NCBI GenBank assembly: GCA_032718475.1
Contig: JAUCBJ010006367.1
Span: 1-43,798 of the forward strand
Length of the DNA stretch: 43,798 bases
Origin: Nemertoderma westbladi
Lineage: Eukaryota; Animalia; Xenacoelomorpha
Direction of reading: 5' to 3'
Position 1 is the stretch's first letter. Each line of letters starts with the position of its first letter. A program made the position numbers and the translations under genes. The notes beneath the pieces were generated by a model that was not told the DNA's origin, did not search any database, and worked only from the letters and a program-made list of their open reading frames with translations. This document shows positions 1-12,440 of this stretch, piece by piece.

Positions 1-238
1 TACAAATGGGAATCTAATTTGAACAAATGGGAATCTAATTGGAACATATGGGAATCTAATGGGAACAAATGGGAATCTAATTGGAACATATGGGAATCTA
101 AAGGGAACAAATGGGAATCTAATTGGAACAAATGGGAATCTAATTGGAACAGATGGGAATCTAATGGGAACAAATGGGAATCTAATTGGAATATATGGGA
201 ATCTAATGGGAACAAATGGGAATCTAATTGGAACATAT
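1..238. repeat. 21-bp minisatellite (AACAAATGGGAATCTAATTGG and variants), ~11 copies, may continue beyond the window start
   Basis: Direct tandem periodicity; it explains the repetitive ORFs 19..261 and 59..277. Confidence 0.95.
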
Positions 239-848
239 TTAAAACTAATTTTATTAGTTAATAATTTGTTTTATTAATTAGTTTTGTTGGAACTAGTAAA
301 TTCTTATGTGATTGACGATTTCTGCCATTACCAAGACTGCACATTACTCAGACATAGGAGTAATCTATATCCAAACAAAAACAATGTTGTTATGAATAGA
401 GTAAGGTTCAAATTCAGAGACCGATAAAATAATACAAAATTTAAACAAACATTACAGTACAGTACATAAAGTCCAATTAGGTAACAGGCAATAACAACTG
501 ATAAACGAGAAGTAAGTCTACAATGGTAATGACGCAAGTCAAATCACTATCATAAATGACGTGTGTCGTTGCCAAACCCAAGGTAGGAACAATACGTCGA
601 ATAATGCAATGAGTATATAAGACTTGCTCTTAAATACACGGCCATTAATTAACTGCATTTCGATGTAGACTGAACGAACATCCTACAGTTATATAAGACT
701 AGATAGAAGATAGAAGACTAGATTAGATTATAAAGTAAACTCCTAGAAATAAAATGTCGATATCAGCCACCTTCAACCAACGACAGTCACTTATTATCAA
801 AAACCGAACTTAATAAAATATTGTATACAAATACCATTTTGACTAATA

Positions 849-1665
849 ATGGATCGAGTTATTCATAACGAATACATAAGTTTAGATAATTTTGCTGAAA
901 ATGGAGAGCTAATTTCGGGCCATCAACACAACGATGGCTGTGTGTGCGTGCCGCCAGTAGAATGCACCGGTACCAACACGACTAACGCCAACCTGGAAAT
1001 AGATACGGACGAAGAGTATGGAGATACATTGAATTCTAACTACGAGAACCCCAGCGCTTCGCTCTCAATCGCTGATATTGTTCATCATAAAGGCAAAAGT
1101 AAACAAAGTAAAATACTGGTATTGTTGAAGATCGGTTTTTTCGTTGTAATAATCCTTGGGCTCATTATCCCCATAACACATCTCTACAAACAAGTTGAAT
1201 ATCTTGAGGAAAGGATAAATCTATGCAAATGCAGAAAACAAGATGATAATTCCAACTTGGGTTCTACAATAAAGCAAAGCTTAAAATCACAGATACTACC
1301 GACAAACAGCGTCAATAAAAGTGGCCAATTAACAAATATAACATCCCAAAATGAGATCAAAATGGTTCAAGCTAAACTTGACGACTTAATCGAATCTTTG
1401 GTTGAAAAGAAGGCGAATGCGAGTAGGAATATATCGTTAGCAATTACCACCTCAGACGATTCCGATATTCGCATACTACAAGAGGAGGTCGATAGCTTGA
1501 TTGAGACGTTGAATGGGTTAAACAGGATCGAAAGACGTAACCAGGATGCCATCAACGCCCTTCAGAAGAACGTCGATGGTTTGCGCATCATTTACCGAGA
1601 CCAATCAGTAACCAAATGTCTATCTGGGACGAAGGAATACAGTCGCACCCTAAAATCGACATCAG
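849..1665 (+). CDS. Exon 1 of a type II membrane protein: acidic cytoplasmic tail, TM helix, coiled-coil neck, start of H-type lectin domain
   Basis: ORF 849..1670; hydrophobic ILVLLKIGFFVVIILGLIIPI after basic KGKSKQSK; heptad-rich neck; phase-1 donor TCAG|GTTAAA at 1665/1666. Confidence 0.8.
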
Positions 1666-3188
1666 GTTAAATTTAAACACTAAATATAATTTATTATAAC
1701 AGCAGTAGATTCAGTTATATTATCGGATCCTACTTCAACTTACAGTTTACTTCTAGCCAACTCAAACGTATAGTTAGTTGTTGTGGTTTCCTCTGATAAG
1801 CCCACCTTTTTCCAGTAGCTACTGTATACTCTAATAGCTTCCATTGAACGAACAGTACTTGTCTTGTATCTTCTTTTGATAAGCCACTTTTCCAGTAGCA
1901 GTTACTGTACTATGTTTCATTGGTCCGTACTTGTAGCTTGTTTTGATGATACTGTAGCACCAATAACAACATTTCGTGCTATTGGTTAGTTGTAAATTTT
2001 GTGTAGGATCTGTCTGACTTTAATTGTGTTTGTTTTATGTATTAGTAATAGTTTGTGACATTGAACCGAAACCCCTGTAATTGTGGAATTTTTTGGTGGC
2101 ATCAATCTTCTTAGTCAAACGGCAACCGGTTCGTGGGTCGGACCTTCCCTCAGCTCGAGGCACATTCCCGTGTACTGAGCGAGGCGTATACAGTAGCTCA
2201 AACATTGCGCAAACACCCAACACAATACTCTGCCAGCTTGAAGTGAGTGTAAACAACGAAATAGTAAGGTTTTCATTTCATTTTATAACATTTCGTCCTT
2301 TAGCGGCAGACTGGAGAACTGTCGAGGCCCGGGCCCGCAACACTTTGGAGTTTAGACAGACTACATGTGTGCGTACCAGGTTTGGCTTAATTTCATCAAG
2401 AAATGACTGATTAATTCTATTAACTTTGTCGGGTTTAATTAAAGGTGTCATTTCGAAAATTTGTACGCCTAAATATGACCAAAAGTTGAAATATTTGAGA
2501 GGCTTCCAGACACCATCAGTTCAGCAGTCTCACGCTAGAGGAATACATGAACAAACCTTAAACGTTCTCCCATTTCTTTGTGTTTATTCCGTTCAAACTG
2601 AAACTAGGCACATTCGTACTATACCATTCTCATTACCCGTGTCTTTAAATGGAAGCAAGTCTGCAGTTTTCCAGGCTGCCGCTAGATGGAGTAATGTCTG
2701 ATAGTAAAACATTCTCTCATTTCGTTATTTATAATCCGTTAAAGCTGAAACTTTTCAGATCTGTAACTACTTGAACACAGCATACGTCTTTGTGGGTAAT
2801 GGTCCTTGTCTTCTGAATTTCTTCTCCAGTCTGCCGTTAGAGTCCAAAATGTCTGAAAGTGGATTCAATCCAGTTAACCTGAAACTTTACATATAATATG
2901 TACGTCATTGTGGAGGGAGACGCTTATGGATCTGCAGTTCTCCATACAGACGCCAGAGGATAAAATGAAAAGCTTCTGCCATTTCGTGTTATTGTTTACA
3001 ATCCTTCCGACCTGATTGATACTTGTTACATATTCTCTATGCTGATAGAGGTAAATTACATCAGGGGAAATCCGCTTACATTATGTTTATAATTCTTTCG
3101 AGTTGACCTTGACACTTACCATAAATTATCTCACGTGCTGCGCGATATGTATATATATTATATATTTAATTTTATTATACATCCATAG

Positions 3189-3448
3189 GTGACACCAGTA
3201 GAAAAAAATCTGCTTATATATGGGTTAGCTTTAGCAGATATTTCAAAGAAAGACCGGAGGTTATGGTGGGCACGGCTGGCATGGAATACGAGACCAGATC
3301 AAAAGCAATGAGCGGGGCATACAATCACCTAGCATACTACATAAGTGTAACAGAGATATACACCCATGGCTTCAGATTGAGGTATACCGTATGGGACTAC
3401 ACGGAGTCGTTATGGTTTTATGTAAACTGGATGGCCTGCGGAAAGTAA
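3189..3448 (+). CDS. Exon 2 of the same gene: H-type lectin domain (spliced product 358 aa)
   Basis: Acceptor CCATAG|GT is in phase with exon 1; reads GDTSRKKSAYIWVSFSRYFKERPEVMVG...VTEIYTHGFRLRYTVWDYTESLWFYVNWMACGK*, matching the H-lectin pattern F..xF...P.V...GF....W......V.W.A. Confidence 0.75.
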
Positions 3449-3566
3449 GATGGGATGAATAAAAACACTTTCAGTTTCATATACAGCAATGATTTGTCGT
3501 TACAGTTCGATATCACAAACTTTGTGTCGTAAATATTAAATAACAAACAGATACTATGATTCTATA

Positions 3567-3795
3567 CCTGGTTTTCAATAAAAACACAGGTTAGAGAAGG
3601 GCTGAATCTAACCAAAACAATAAACTAATTAGTATCTGCACAGCTTAGAAGAGGGAAATACGCGCTAAAAAAAAACATTTAATAAAGATAAATTTAAAAA
3701 ATAAAAATATTTCATATATAAAATACCAATAAAATTTCGTATAAAGAAAAAAAAAAGCGATAAGTGAAAACCTGGTATATATTCTTCACATAGGC
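3567..3795 (+). mobile_element. Partial copy of the ~280-bp MITE also at 17392 and 41023
   Basis: Shares CAGGTT..AGAAGGGCTGAATCTAACCAAAACAATAAAC and the right TIR (..TTCTTCACATAGGC). Confidence 0.75.
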
Positions 3796-4004
3796 AAATA
3801 ATCTTTTCACTGAATATATAATAATAATTGAGCTTTTTACATAATTTTACAGCTAATATATCGCATTATTAACTGAATGTGTTATTTAAGCAGGATTATC
3901 AACTGATTGAATGGAATTATTGAATGTTTAATTAATCATCAATAAGTGTTTATACAGAGAAATCGTGTGGATATATGGGAGAATATGAATCCTTCCGGAA
4001 GAGA

Positions 4005-5270
4005 GTCGTCAGGCGGGCAATCCGTTGTATAACCAGAATTTGTACAGAACACATTTAAAATTCCCGCCCAAATATAACGTGAATCTACTAACCAAAATGG
4101 AGGGAAATAATTGATAGCATATTATGTAAAGTACAGTATGGTCTATTCATTAATAAAGTATATTGAGTATTTAGTCTAATTAATAATAATAATCTACTTA
4201 AATTTACACATTTCAACATTTTCATATTGGTGCAATTTTTATAATTTCTTAGATTAGATCAAATACTTTACTTACTATAACCAAGGGACCAAGGCCATTG
4301 TAATATAAGGCCTGCTCACTACATTCTAGAATACCTCGATCAGCTGATATAAGAAGTCATACTTTTTGGCATCATATTATTGTTCGAGGCTAAAAACAAT
4401 TATTTAAAAGTTTTGTTACTCGAGCTGATGAAAAAATCGATTTAATCATATAATATATCAAATTGAAGAAGAAAGTCAGGGCAATGCGATGCTTTGCATC
4501 AGTTTTGTTTGTTAGGCATGCAATTCGCTAAATATCCAGGCTAATATTACTATTATCTTTATTTCCCCTACCTTCGCCGTGGTTTATTTAAAAAACGCAG
4601 GCTTAAGCCTAGTTAGAATAGGTATTGGGTCGAAGGTCCGAATTGGACGAAGGTCCGAAAAAAGCGACAAAAATGATAAATGTAGTGGGGCTGAGCTGAT
4701 GCAGCTTGAGATATGGGAGCTGTTCCTGAGATACATCAAACTTATTTAGCGTTTCGAATCTTGCGTTACAATTGTCATTGTTGTGCAGTGAAAATACAAC
4801 TTATACGCATTTTGCTTTAATCAGTAATATCAAATAATTAATCAATATTAAATATCAAATACGTGAAGTGCTGTTCGTTATCTAGTTCTAATTCTCCTTA
4901 ATTCTGGAGCATTTGTAATAAAATAATAGTAATACCATGGCCTACTGTATGTATAGTAGGCCATGGTAATATAATAATTAGCAATTAGTATATAAATAAT
5001 TAATCGCGTTACTTTCATATCGGAATATTAAATGAAATACATGGGTATGGGTAGGTAGTAATTTATGTAATATATTTATATAATACTTTATTCAAAGTAA
5101 GTATGATTTCATAAAATTGCCTTGCTAGGCCTATAACTTAATATAATTATTAATTATTATATCAATCATTTCTAATTAATATTGGATTAATTGATCCACG
5201 TTACTTTTATTTTAGGCGGGAATTTTAAATGTGTTAGGCCTTCAGTGATTATTGCCTGTCTGGCGAAAGT
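4005..5270. mobile_element. Degenerate inverted-repeat element, unclassified, approximate ends
   Basis: ACACATTTAAAATTCCCGCC (~4050) is inverted at GGCGGGAATTTTAAATGTGT (~5215); CGTCAGGCGGGCAAT pairs with ATTGCCTGTCTGGCG. Confidence 0.45.
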
Positions 5271-5550
5271 CATCTGGAATGAGACTTCAGGAAATAGTGC
5301 GAAATTTCGTTAGAACGTAACTAAATTCACCAAGAGATTATAAAGGATTGAAATTCCATAATATTGCCACTACGGTCTCGAACCCAGTAAATAATATCAC
5401 AGCTGCTGCGTTCTGCACAGCTCCTGACTTGGCTAAAATTTTCTCACTTTCTATCACAAATTTAGTGATAGAAAGACTTAGTGAGACTTTCTGGCACTAA
5501 TTTAGTGACTGCAAATAATAAAAGTGAGCGAAAACAGTACTTCCTCCTTG

Positions 5551-7260
5551 TAGGGTTGCTAGATTTAAATTATAATTTAAATAAAGATTTATTTTAAAAA
5601 ATCAATAGATTTTTTTGCAGATTTTATTTTATATTTTATTCAAGGTTTACAGTACATGGTTTAAATTAGAAGTGGCCACAGACCGGACCCATTGACCGGA
5701 CCCTCTAAATACCGTATTGAAGCTTTATATTTCATTTATATTTTACTTGTGTAAATTATTACCACAATTACGTAACCTGCATAATCTTGTAACATGTGTT
5801 AACTTTCGTTTATTGTTTTGGTTTCCCCAACACGCCTATGTAACCTGCTCCTTTACTAACCAGCTCCTTTAAATGGCAGTGGGTCCGGTCAATGGGTCCG
5901 GTTAACGTGTCCGGTATATTGAGAAATGGGTCCGGTCAGTAGCCTTGCCGTTTAAATTCTCTGCTGATCAATATCTCCACCGTTTTCCAGGTGTTTTACA
6001 TTGTTTTCCCGATGTTTTCCTACCGTTTTAATTGATATGTATTTCCCTAAAAATTTAGCTAAATGTACAATAGAGTACACTCAAATTAACCATACAGTTT
6101 ATTTATACTATTTCGTTTTTGGCCAGTACCTTATGGATGCATAATGTTGATTTCGAAGGTTTTTCGGTAGGTATTAAGGTATTTCGAAGGATTTCGAAGT
6201 GTTCAAGTGTTATGTCGTTAACTTATTATTTTTTTTTAATTTAATTGTTAATTTGTTACATCATAGTTAGTTTATATATTTTACTTAATTAAATATAACT
6301 TATGCATGCAATGCGAATGCGGTTTTGCTTGATTTGATAATAATTTCTCAAAATATATGCTGATATTTTCTTCACTATAGTAGACCTACACAACTGTATA
6401 ATAAATAAATTATTAAATTAAATTGATTTATACTTACCGTACTGTACGTACACTACGACAATGGGGGTTAACCAACATACATTTAAAATGAATAAATTAA
6501 TTAATACGTTAACTGCGGATTGAGCACCGGTGAACATGACCTGTGCAACTCTGTAGTGCGGAACTATTTTGGCTTGGCTGGCCCTTAGTGTGGAGGCTAT
6601 AAGTTGAGCACCGGTACTCAAATACATCAGCTGTTGTCATATTCGGTATCTGTGACCTCTTTATGACTCATATAAATATTTTTTTAGGTTTGTGCACCGG
6701 TGCACAATCCGCACTACACAAGTGCCAGTGCGGATTGAGCGCCGGTGCTCAATATTTCCACTTACGGGTATATAAATATGGCGGGATTTTTAAAATGCTT
6801 TAGCAATAGCTATTAGGCCTATTTGATTTAGTTCAGTGTTAGTTAAGCAATAACAACTGTTTACTTTTCATGTATTAATTTATATTGCATGAGCAAATGT
6901 GCTGTAACAATAACAATGTTAATTTATATTGTTTTATTCCAAAATTGTAACATTACTCAAGTTGTAACAATATTGAAATGGTCAAAATAAAACATTTGAG
7001 ACTTAATAGAATTAATTTAATTAATAAATAAAAATATAAAATAAACAATTTAAAATGTATGTAGGACTATTATTAATAATTATAAACATACCACGCAATA
7101 AGGCATTATACCAAGCAATATTATTGCTTATATTGTAAAAAAACAACATAAATCAATGAAAATCAATTTCATTGATATTTATAGTGATTTATTTGATTTA
7201 AATAAGATAAATCAGATTAATTTGTTTTTTTTTAATAAATCGTGATTTTTTACAACCGTA
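5551..7260. mobile_element. Degenerate hAT-like non-autonomous element containing further insertions
   Basis: TAGGGTTG... and ...TACAACCGTA ends with GATTT/AAATC subterminal repeats; imperfect 8-bp flanks CCTCCTTG/CTTCCTTC. Confidence 0.5.
5668..5950. mobile_element. hAT-like MITE nested in the element above
   Basis: GACCGGACCC/GGGTCCGGTC inverted subterminal repeats; 8-bp TSD TTTAAATT at 5660-5667 and 5951-5958. Confidence 0.7.
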
Positions 7261-7364
7261 CTTCCTTCTCCTTGTCTTGTACTGACCCTGGGGTCTTTAA
7301 AATTCCTTGATTTTTTGGAGTTCATTCACACCATTATTGTGGACATGTATAAGACAAAGAGAGT

Positions 7365-7610
7365 CCCTCAAGAAATGAAAACACATAAGTTGGTCCCAGC
7401 CCCAAAGAAGGGCAACCTAACAACCCGTGGATAATTTCGTGGAATCTCGTTGATCTCGATTGCTACAAAGCTATATAACACAATTATATTAAATCGCATC
7501 AGGGATCCTGTTGAGAGACTGCTACAGTAACGTGGGAACCAAAATGGGTTCCATAAAGGTAGTGGGACAAAGGAACCCATTCTGGCGCTTAGAGGTATAA
7601 TTGAAAGGTT
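7365..7610 (+). mobile_element. RTE-clade LINE reverse transcriptase fragment (frameshifted)
   Basis: Translates to LVPAPKKGNLT/DNFRGISLISIATKLYNTIILNRIRDPVERLL/RGNQNGFHKGSGTKEPILALRGIIE, typical of the N-terminal part of RTE RT. Confidence 0.85.
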
Positions 7611-8008
7611 ATAAAAATATAAATGCCATACATCTGGCTATTATGTTTCGACCACGACTCAATCGCCAGACCACGTATGTTTACTGTTCAGCATACTGGT
7701 AGCAGAAATGAAATCTAGTTCAAAACTCAATCAATACACGAGGTCAGAATATCTGAAATTCTGTTAACTGAAATTATTGACAAGAAGTTCTTTCCGACGC
7801 AAAATAAAAACCAATATCTGTAATTTTATCACATCACACCATACTTTCTGTAACTAATTTGGTGATAAAAAGTACTAAATAGTGAGAAAAGGCAGTACTT
7901 TCTTGAACTGTTTAGTGAGATAATATTTAGTCAGATAAAATATATATGACTATTTTCCAGTATTCGTAATGGTGTTGTATAATATTGATGTATAATAGGT
8001 CAGGTTAC

Positions 8009-9023
8009 CTGGTGTATTAGTAGGTTGGGGGTCGTTCTCAGCCGAATACCCGGGAGTTGGAACCAAGATGACCCCGAGGTTATTCAACTTCCCCCTCAAT
8101 GAGTTCCGAAATAAATCATTGGGATTCGGCGCAGATCGAGTGCTGTAATCGAACACGCCGCTGTCAAACTCCACGTTAAGAGTAGTCGGGATGTGATTGT
8201 TGCCGAACTTTACGATACAATAGTTTATATTCGTCTTAATTATCGGAACTAAACTCCGCCAATTCCAGTAATTATTTGTCGACTTCCCTTCCGCTTTATT
8301 TTTGGTCGTCGTCGGCTGGTAATCTGGAAGGATTGTCGGTTTCAGTGCGAAGGTGTCTTCCAGTTTAGCGAAAACTTCGCAACGATTAAACACGTGAATA
8401 TCCAAACCGTTTAGAACAAGGTGGAGCCGCGTAACTGGTTGATTAGTTAATCGAAGTTCTGAATTCTCACCGTTTCTGTCTCCGTTAACGGCGTCCTTAC
8501 TCGGTTCGTAACGTCGCCACCAATCGAACATTATAAACCCGTCGACTATAGCGACGGAATAATCACAAGTAATATAGAAGACATCGCGAAACATAAGTTT
8601 ACCGCTTAATAATGTAACTGATATGGACCCAAATCGAATGTAAGAAGAACCTTTGCCATTACCCGTTAGGTAAAAGTAGTTAATTAACTTAGTCATAATA
8701 AAAGCGAATAAACGCGAGTTGAAGTATATCAGATAAATAGCCCAAAGATTCGCGCATATCAGCATCACAATGAGACATCCGAAACAGTACGAAGTTTCCG
8801 ATGGTTCGGGGGGAGTTGTCGATGGCGACTCCACCATCACCTCGAGTGATAGATTCAGTTGATTGGGTGTAACGGTACTGTTGTATGGTAGTAACGTGGC
8901 CAATGTTGATTGAGTCATGTTCATAACAGTACCGATTGTACCGGCATCTGTGGTACTACCGGTATTAGTAGAATACGCAATCGTGGTATAGTTTCCATTT
9001 CCACCTTGCGGAGAATCCGCCAT
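8009..9023 (-). CDS. BLTP1: Bridge-like lipid transfer protein 1 (KIAA1109/tweek/LPD-3), first coding exon; gene continues left of the window
   Basis: WAIYLIYFNSR...GSISVTLLSGKLMFRDVFYITCDYSVAIVDGFIMFDWW...TRLHLVLNGLDIHVFNR...WRSLVPIIK...KFGNNHIPTTL matches the KIAA1109 N-terminus; phase-1 donor CCAG|GTAACC at 8009/8008. Confidence 0.92.
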
Positions 9024-9127
9024 TATGCCGTTAATCTTGTTAATTACGTTATTAATTCATAATTCAGTAATTTGACGGTAAAATTCGACGGATAGGCTAC
9101 CGGGGGTGCTGGTATGCTGGTCACATC

Positions 9128-10838
9128 GCCGCACTGCCACTTCGCCGCAGATCACCTCGCCGCAGATAATGTACGGCGAGGTGTCTTTGCGGCGAGGTGT
9201 CTCACTGTGAATGCCATTTCGTCGCAAATTATCGGATTATTGTATTATTATAGATACAGTAAGAGTATTTCAGTAACGTATTACCCCCTAGATTATAGTA
9301 AAACAGTCCTAATCGTAAATTTCTGCATTTGTCAAAATTGTTGATCAGTTGTTTAAAACAAGTGTGACGTTTGACGTTATGAACATTAAAACACTGACAA
9401 CAAATATAAGTATATCAATCTGTCAATATCATTATCATTCCACTAAGAACATTACATTTGTAATTAAGTAGGCCTAATTAAGAACTGTCAGACTGTGATC
9501 GGTTTAACATAAACATACAGTATGAGTATATTAACCTTTGTTGCCTTACTTCCGTTTCCGTACTTAGGCCTAGTTACTGCATTACTAAAACTCCATGTAC
9601 GCATTGTACATGTCAGCATGTACGTAAATAGTTAATACCGTAGATCAGTAGATAGATACATTTCGCAATGTGCAATGAAATGTTTTAGCCTATTCCAAAT
9701 TTCAACTAGTGAAATATGTAATATGTAATAATGCTGTAATGTCAGAATGTACAATGCCATAACTATGAACTAGGCATAGTAGGCTTCCCTGTAAATATAG
9801 GGTAAGACGGGGTAAAATGGGACATGGGGTAAAATGGGACATGTCGGGGTAAAATGGGACATGCATATTTTTGGCCAATTTTTTTTTTAAGAACACTTTT
9901 AGGTCTGTTTTAATATATTTTTAATTGAGAAACTAAATGTTACATTGTTATATAGCACATATGATGAGATCAAGATCACGCGATGAAAGCAATTTGTTAA
10001 GCGCGTATACACTTTAAAGTTAGGACACTTCCTATCATTCATTTTCTTTGATATTATATGCATTAGAATCGCAATCATCGATTTAGTGGGTGTAGAACAA
10101 GTCCAAATGTCCAAATTCCTGAACGTTTTTGAGTTACACAGATTTGTAGTTTTACCTTGATAGATGTAGATAGGCATAACTCCGTAAATAATGCCTAGAT
10201 GATTTTTCTCTTGTGATTGTTGAGTTTTATAGCTTTTATAGCTACTACCTGACTACTGCATTTAGTTATTAGGCCTAGCTCATACTGGTCTTAACTACTC
10301 ATACTCACTCATACTGCTATTTCAACTCATACTGTCATAGGCAGGCCCTAGTCTTAATCTAACTTCTGAACTTGACTAACTAACACTAACAATGCCTCAT
10401 GTCCCACTTTACCCCGGATGTCCCACTTTACCCCACTCGGGGTAAAGTGGGACACTGCGATTTTTTTAAAAATAAACCACCTGAACCAAAGGCTCAGGGG
10501 ATTATTTTGGTACAATCTGATAGCCCAGAGTTCAAATGTACAGAATATGCTTTGATTATATCCATCCAGGAAAATCCCTCTTGCTTATAGAACCAAACAT
10601 ACCAAACTTGTCCCATTTTACCCCGTCTTACCCTAGAAATAAATGATTAATATTGACTTACGGCGAGGTGTCCCAGTGTCCGATAATTTGCGGCGAAATG
10701 GCATTTCTGCATTTGCAGTGCTGCAGTACAGCAGTAAGACACCTCGCCCTCGCCGCCAGACACCTCGCTGCCTCGCCGCACATTATCTGCGGAGAGGTGC
10801 AGAGGTGACCTGCCGCTGCCGCGAAGTGGCAGTGCGGC
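9128..10838. mobile_element. Foldback-type element with ~110-170 bp GC-rich imperfect TIRs
   Basis: GCCGCACTGCCACTTCGCCGCAG...GCCATTTCGTCGCAAATTATCGGA (9128-9237) is inverted at ~10679-10838. Confidence 0.75.
9800..10633. mobile_element. Tc1/mariner-pogo-type MITE nested in the foldback element
   Basis: Perfect TIR GGGTAAGACGGGGTAAAATGGGACA; TA flanks at 9798-9799 and 10634-10635; internal GGGGTAAARTGGGACA repeats. Confidence 0.9.
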
Positions 10839-12001
10839 CCGGGCAGCCGGGGGTGAGTTTGCATGCTGGCATGGGCCATGGGGTGGGGAGTGAACTTGAC
10901 AGCTGGAACTGGAACTGTTACAGTGTTAGGTACTGGTACAAACCACAAACTGACAAGTGCAGGAGTGCATCAACATCAAGCATATTACAGTAGTACTGTC
11001 AGTGCCAGCTTACACTTACAGCAAACGCCTACACACGCCTACACATACATATGAGCCAGCACATACCGCTGTACCGGCCTGCCGGTAAGCCAATCTGCCA
11101 ATAGGCTGATAGGGCCTACATCTCACTGTCAGACTGTTGATCCCTGGATCCTCAAACTGCTGATTCTCAATTAAATCAATGTTTCCTATCTCTCGTTTAT
11201 TGTTATGGTTCCTTTCAACCTGCTTCTTTACTAACCTCAGTAACCTGCCTACAAGTAGTTGTAGGTAGGTGTACAGTAAGTGTAGCTGTAGCACGTAGGT
11301 GGGTGTAAGTGTAGGCGTAACGTTTACCCCCCTACTGTTCGTATAATAGTAGAGGCAGATTACTGTAATAATACTATACAATAATTACTGTATTACTGTA
11401 CAATGATTACTGTACAATAATACTGTAATATACACTATGCAGTGGTCAGGTGGTTAGATACAGTATAAACTCGTATAACAGTATAACTGAGACTGTGAGA
11501 CTCAAAATTTAGGTCATAGTCTTAAAGTAGCCCATACTTGACTGTGGACTGGATAGACCTGTAGACTGTGACTGTCTGACTGTATGAAGATTAATTAACA
11601 TTACTGGCTTAATGCCCCGGTGGCTAGGATAAAAGGCCCTGCAACGTTCAATAAAAACATATAGGATCAATAAAGTAGTAATATATAATGTGGCACCAAC
11701 TTTACTGTACAGAACGCGTAGAGGAACAGTGTGTGACTGTGAATGGTTGTCAGCTAGGAGATGGTATGCAGGGTAGTCCATGGTGCTTATGGTAGTTCTT
11801 GTCGGTGAAATGGTAGTCGGACCCCCATCGTGGTTTGGGTGATTTCCAGCGAGACTTAGTTTATGGCTGCATAGGGCCTGCTATGGTTAAATACTGAAAT
11901 ACTGGCCCCGAAACAGCGAAAGTAAAGGTATATTATATGTTAATAACCCAGTGAAAAGTGCGCAAGCGTATATTATTTCCAATCGCACGTTCAATATGCA
12001 A

Positions 12002-12440
12002 AGCCAGGTGGTTTATAGGAATATAATAAACGCAGTACTCGTTTTCATTATAAGCCTCGTTGCGTTCGTCCTGTTTTGGATTTAAATATATTTCTTAAAC
12101 GCAGGCTAGGACGATCTTTATAATAATAATAACTAGGGATGCGATCAATCTGTGAAGCCAGGTGGTTTATATAATAATATAGTCAACGCAGTACTCGTCT
12201 TCTTTATAAGCCTCGTTGTGCTCGTCCTGTTTTGTATTTAAATATATTTCCTAAACGCAGACTGACGATCTTTATAACTACCGATGCGTTCAATAGGCGC
12301 AGCCAGGCATGGTTTATAGGAATATAGTCTACGCAGTACTCGTCTTCATTATATGCCTCGTTGCGCTCGTCGCTCGTCCTGTGTTGTCATAAAATATTTT
12401 TCCTAAACGCAGACTGGCGACCTTTATACAGTTATAACTA
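12002..12440. repeat. Three diverged ~145-155 bp tandem units, probably a transposon interior
   Basis: AGCCAGG..TGGTTTATA...ACGCAGTACTCGT..GCCTCGTTG at ~12002, 12156 and 12301. Confidence 0.85.

Noticed and set aside
19-277. Repetitive ORFs (WESN/GTNGNL)
   Set aside because: Products of a 21-bp (multiple of 3) repeat; no independent coding evidence
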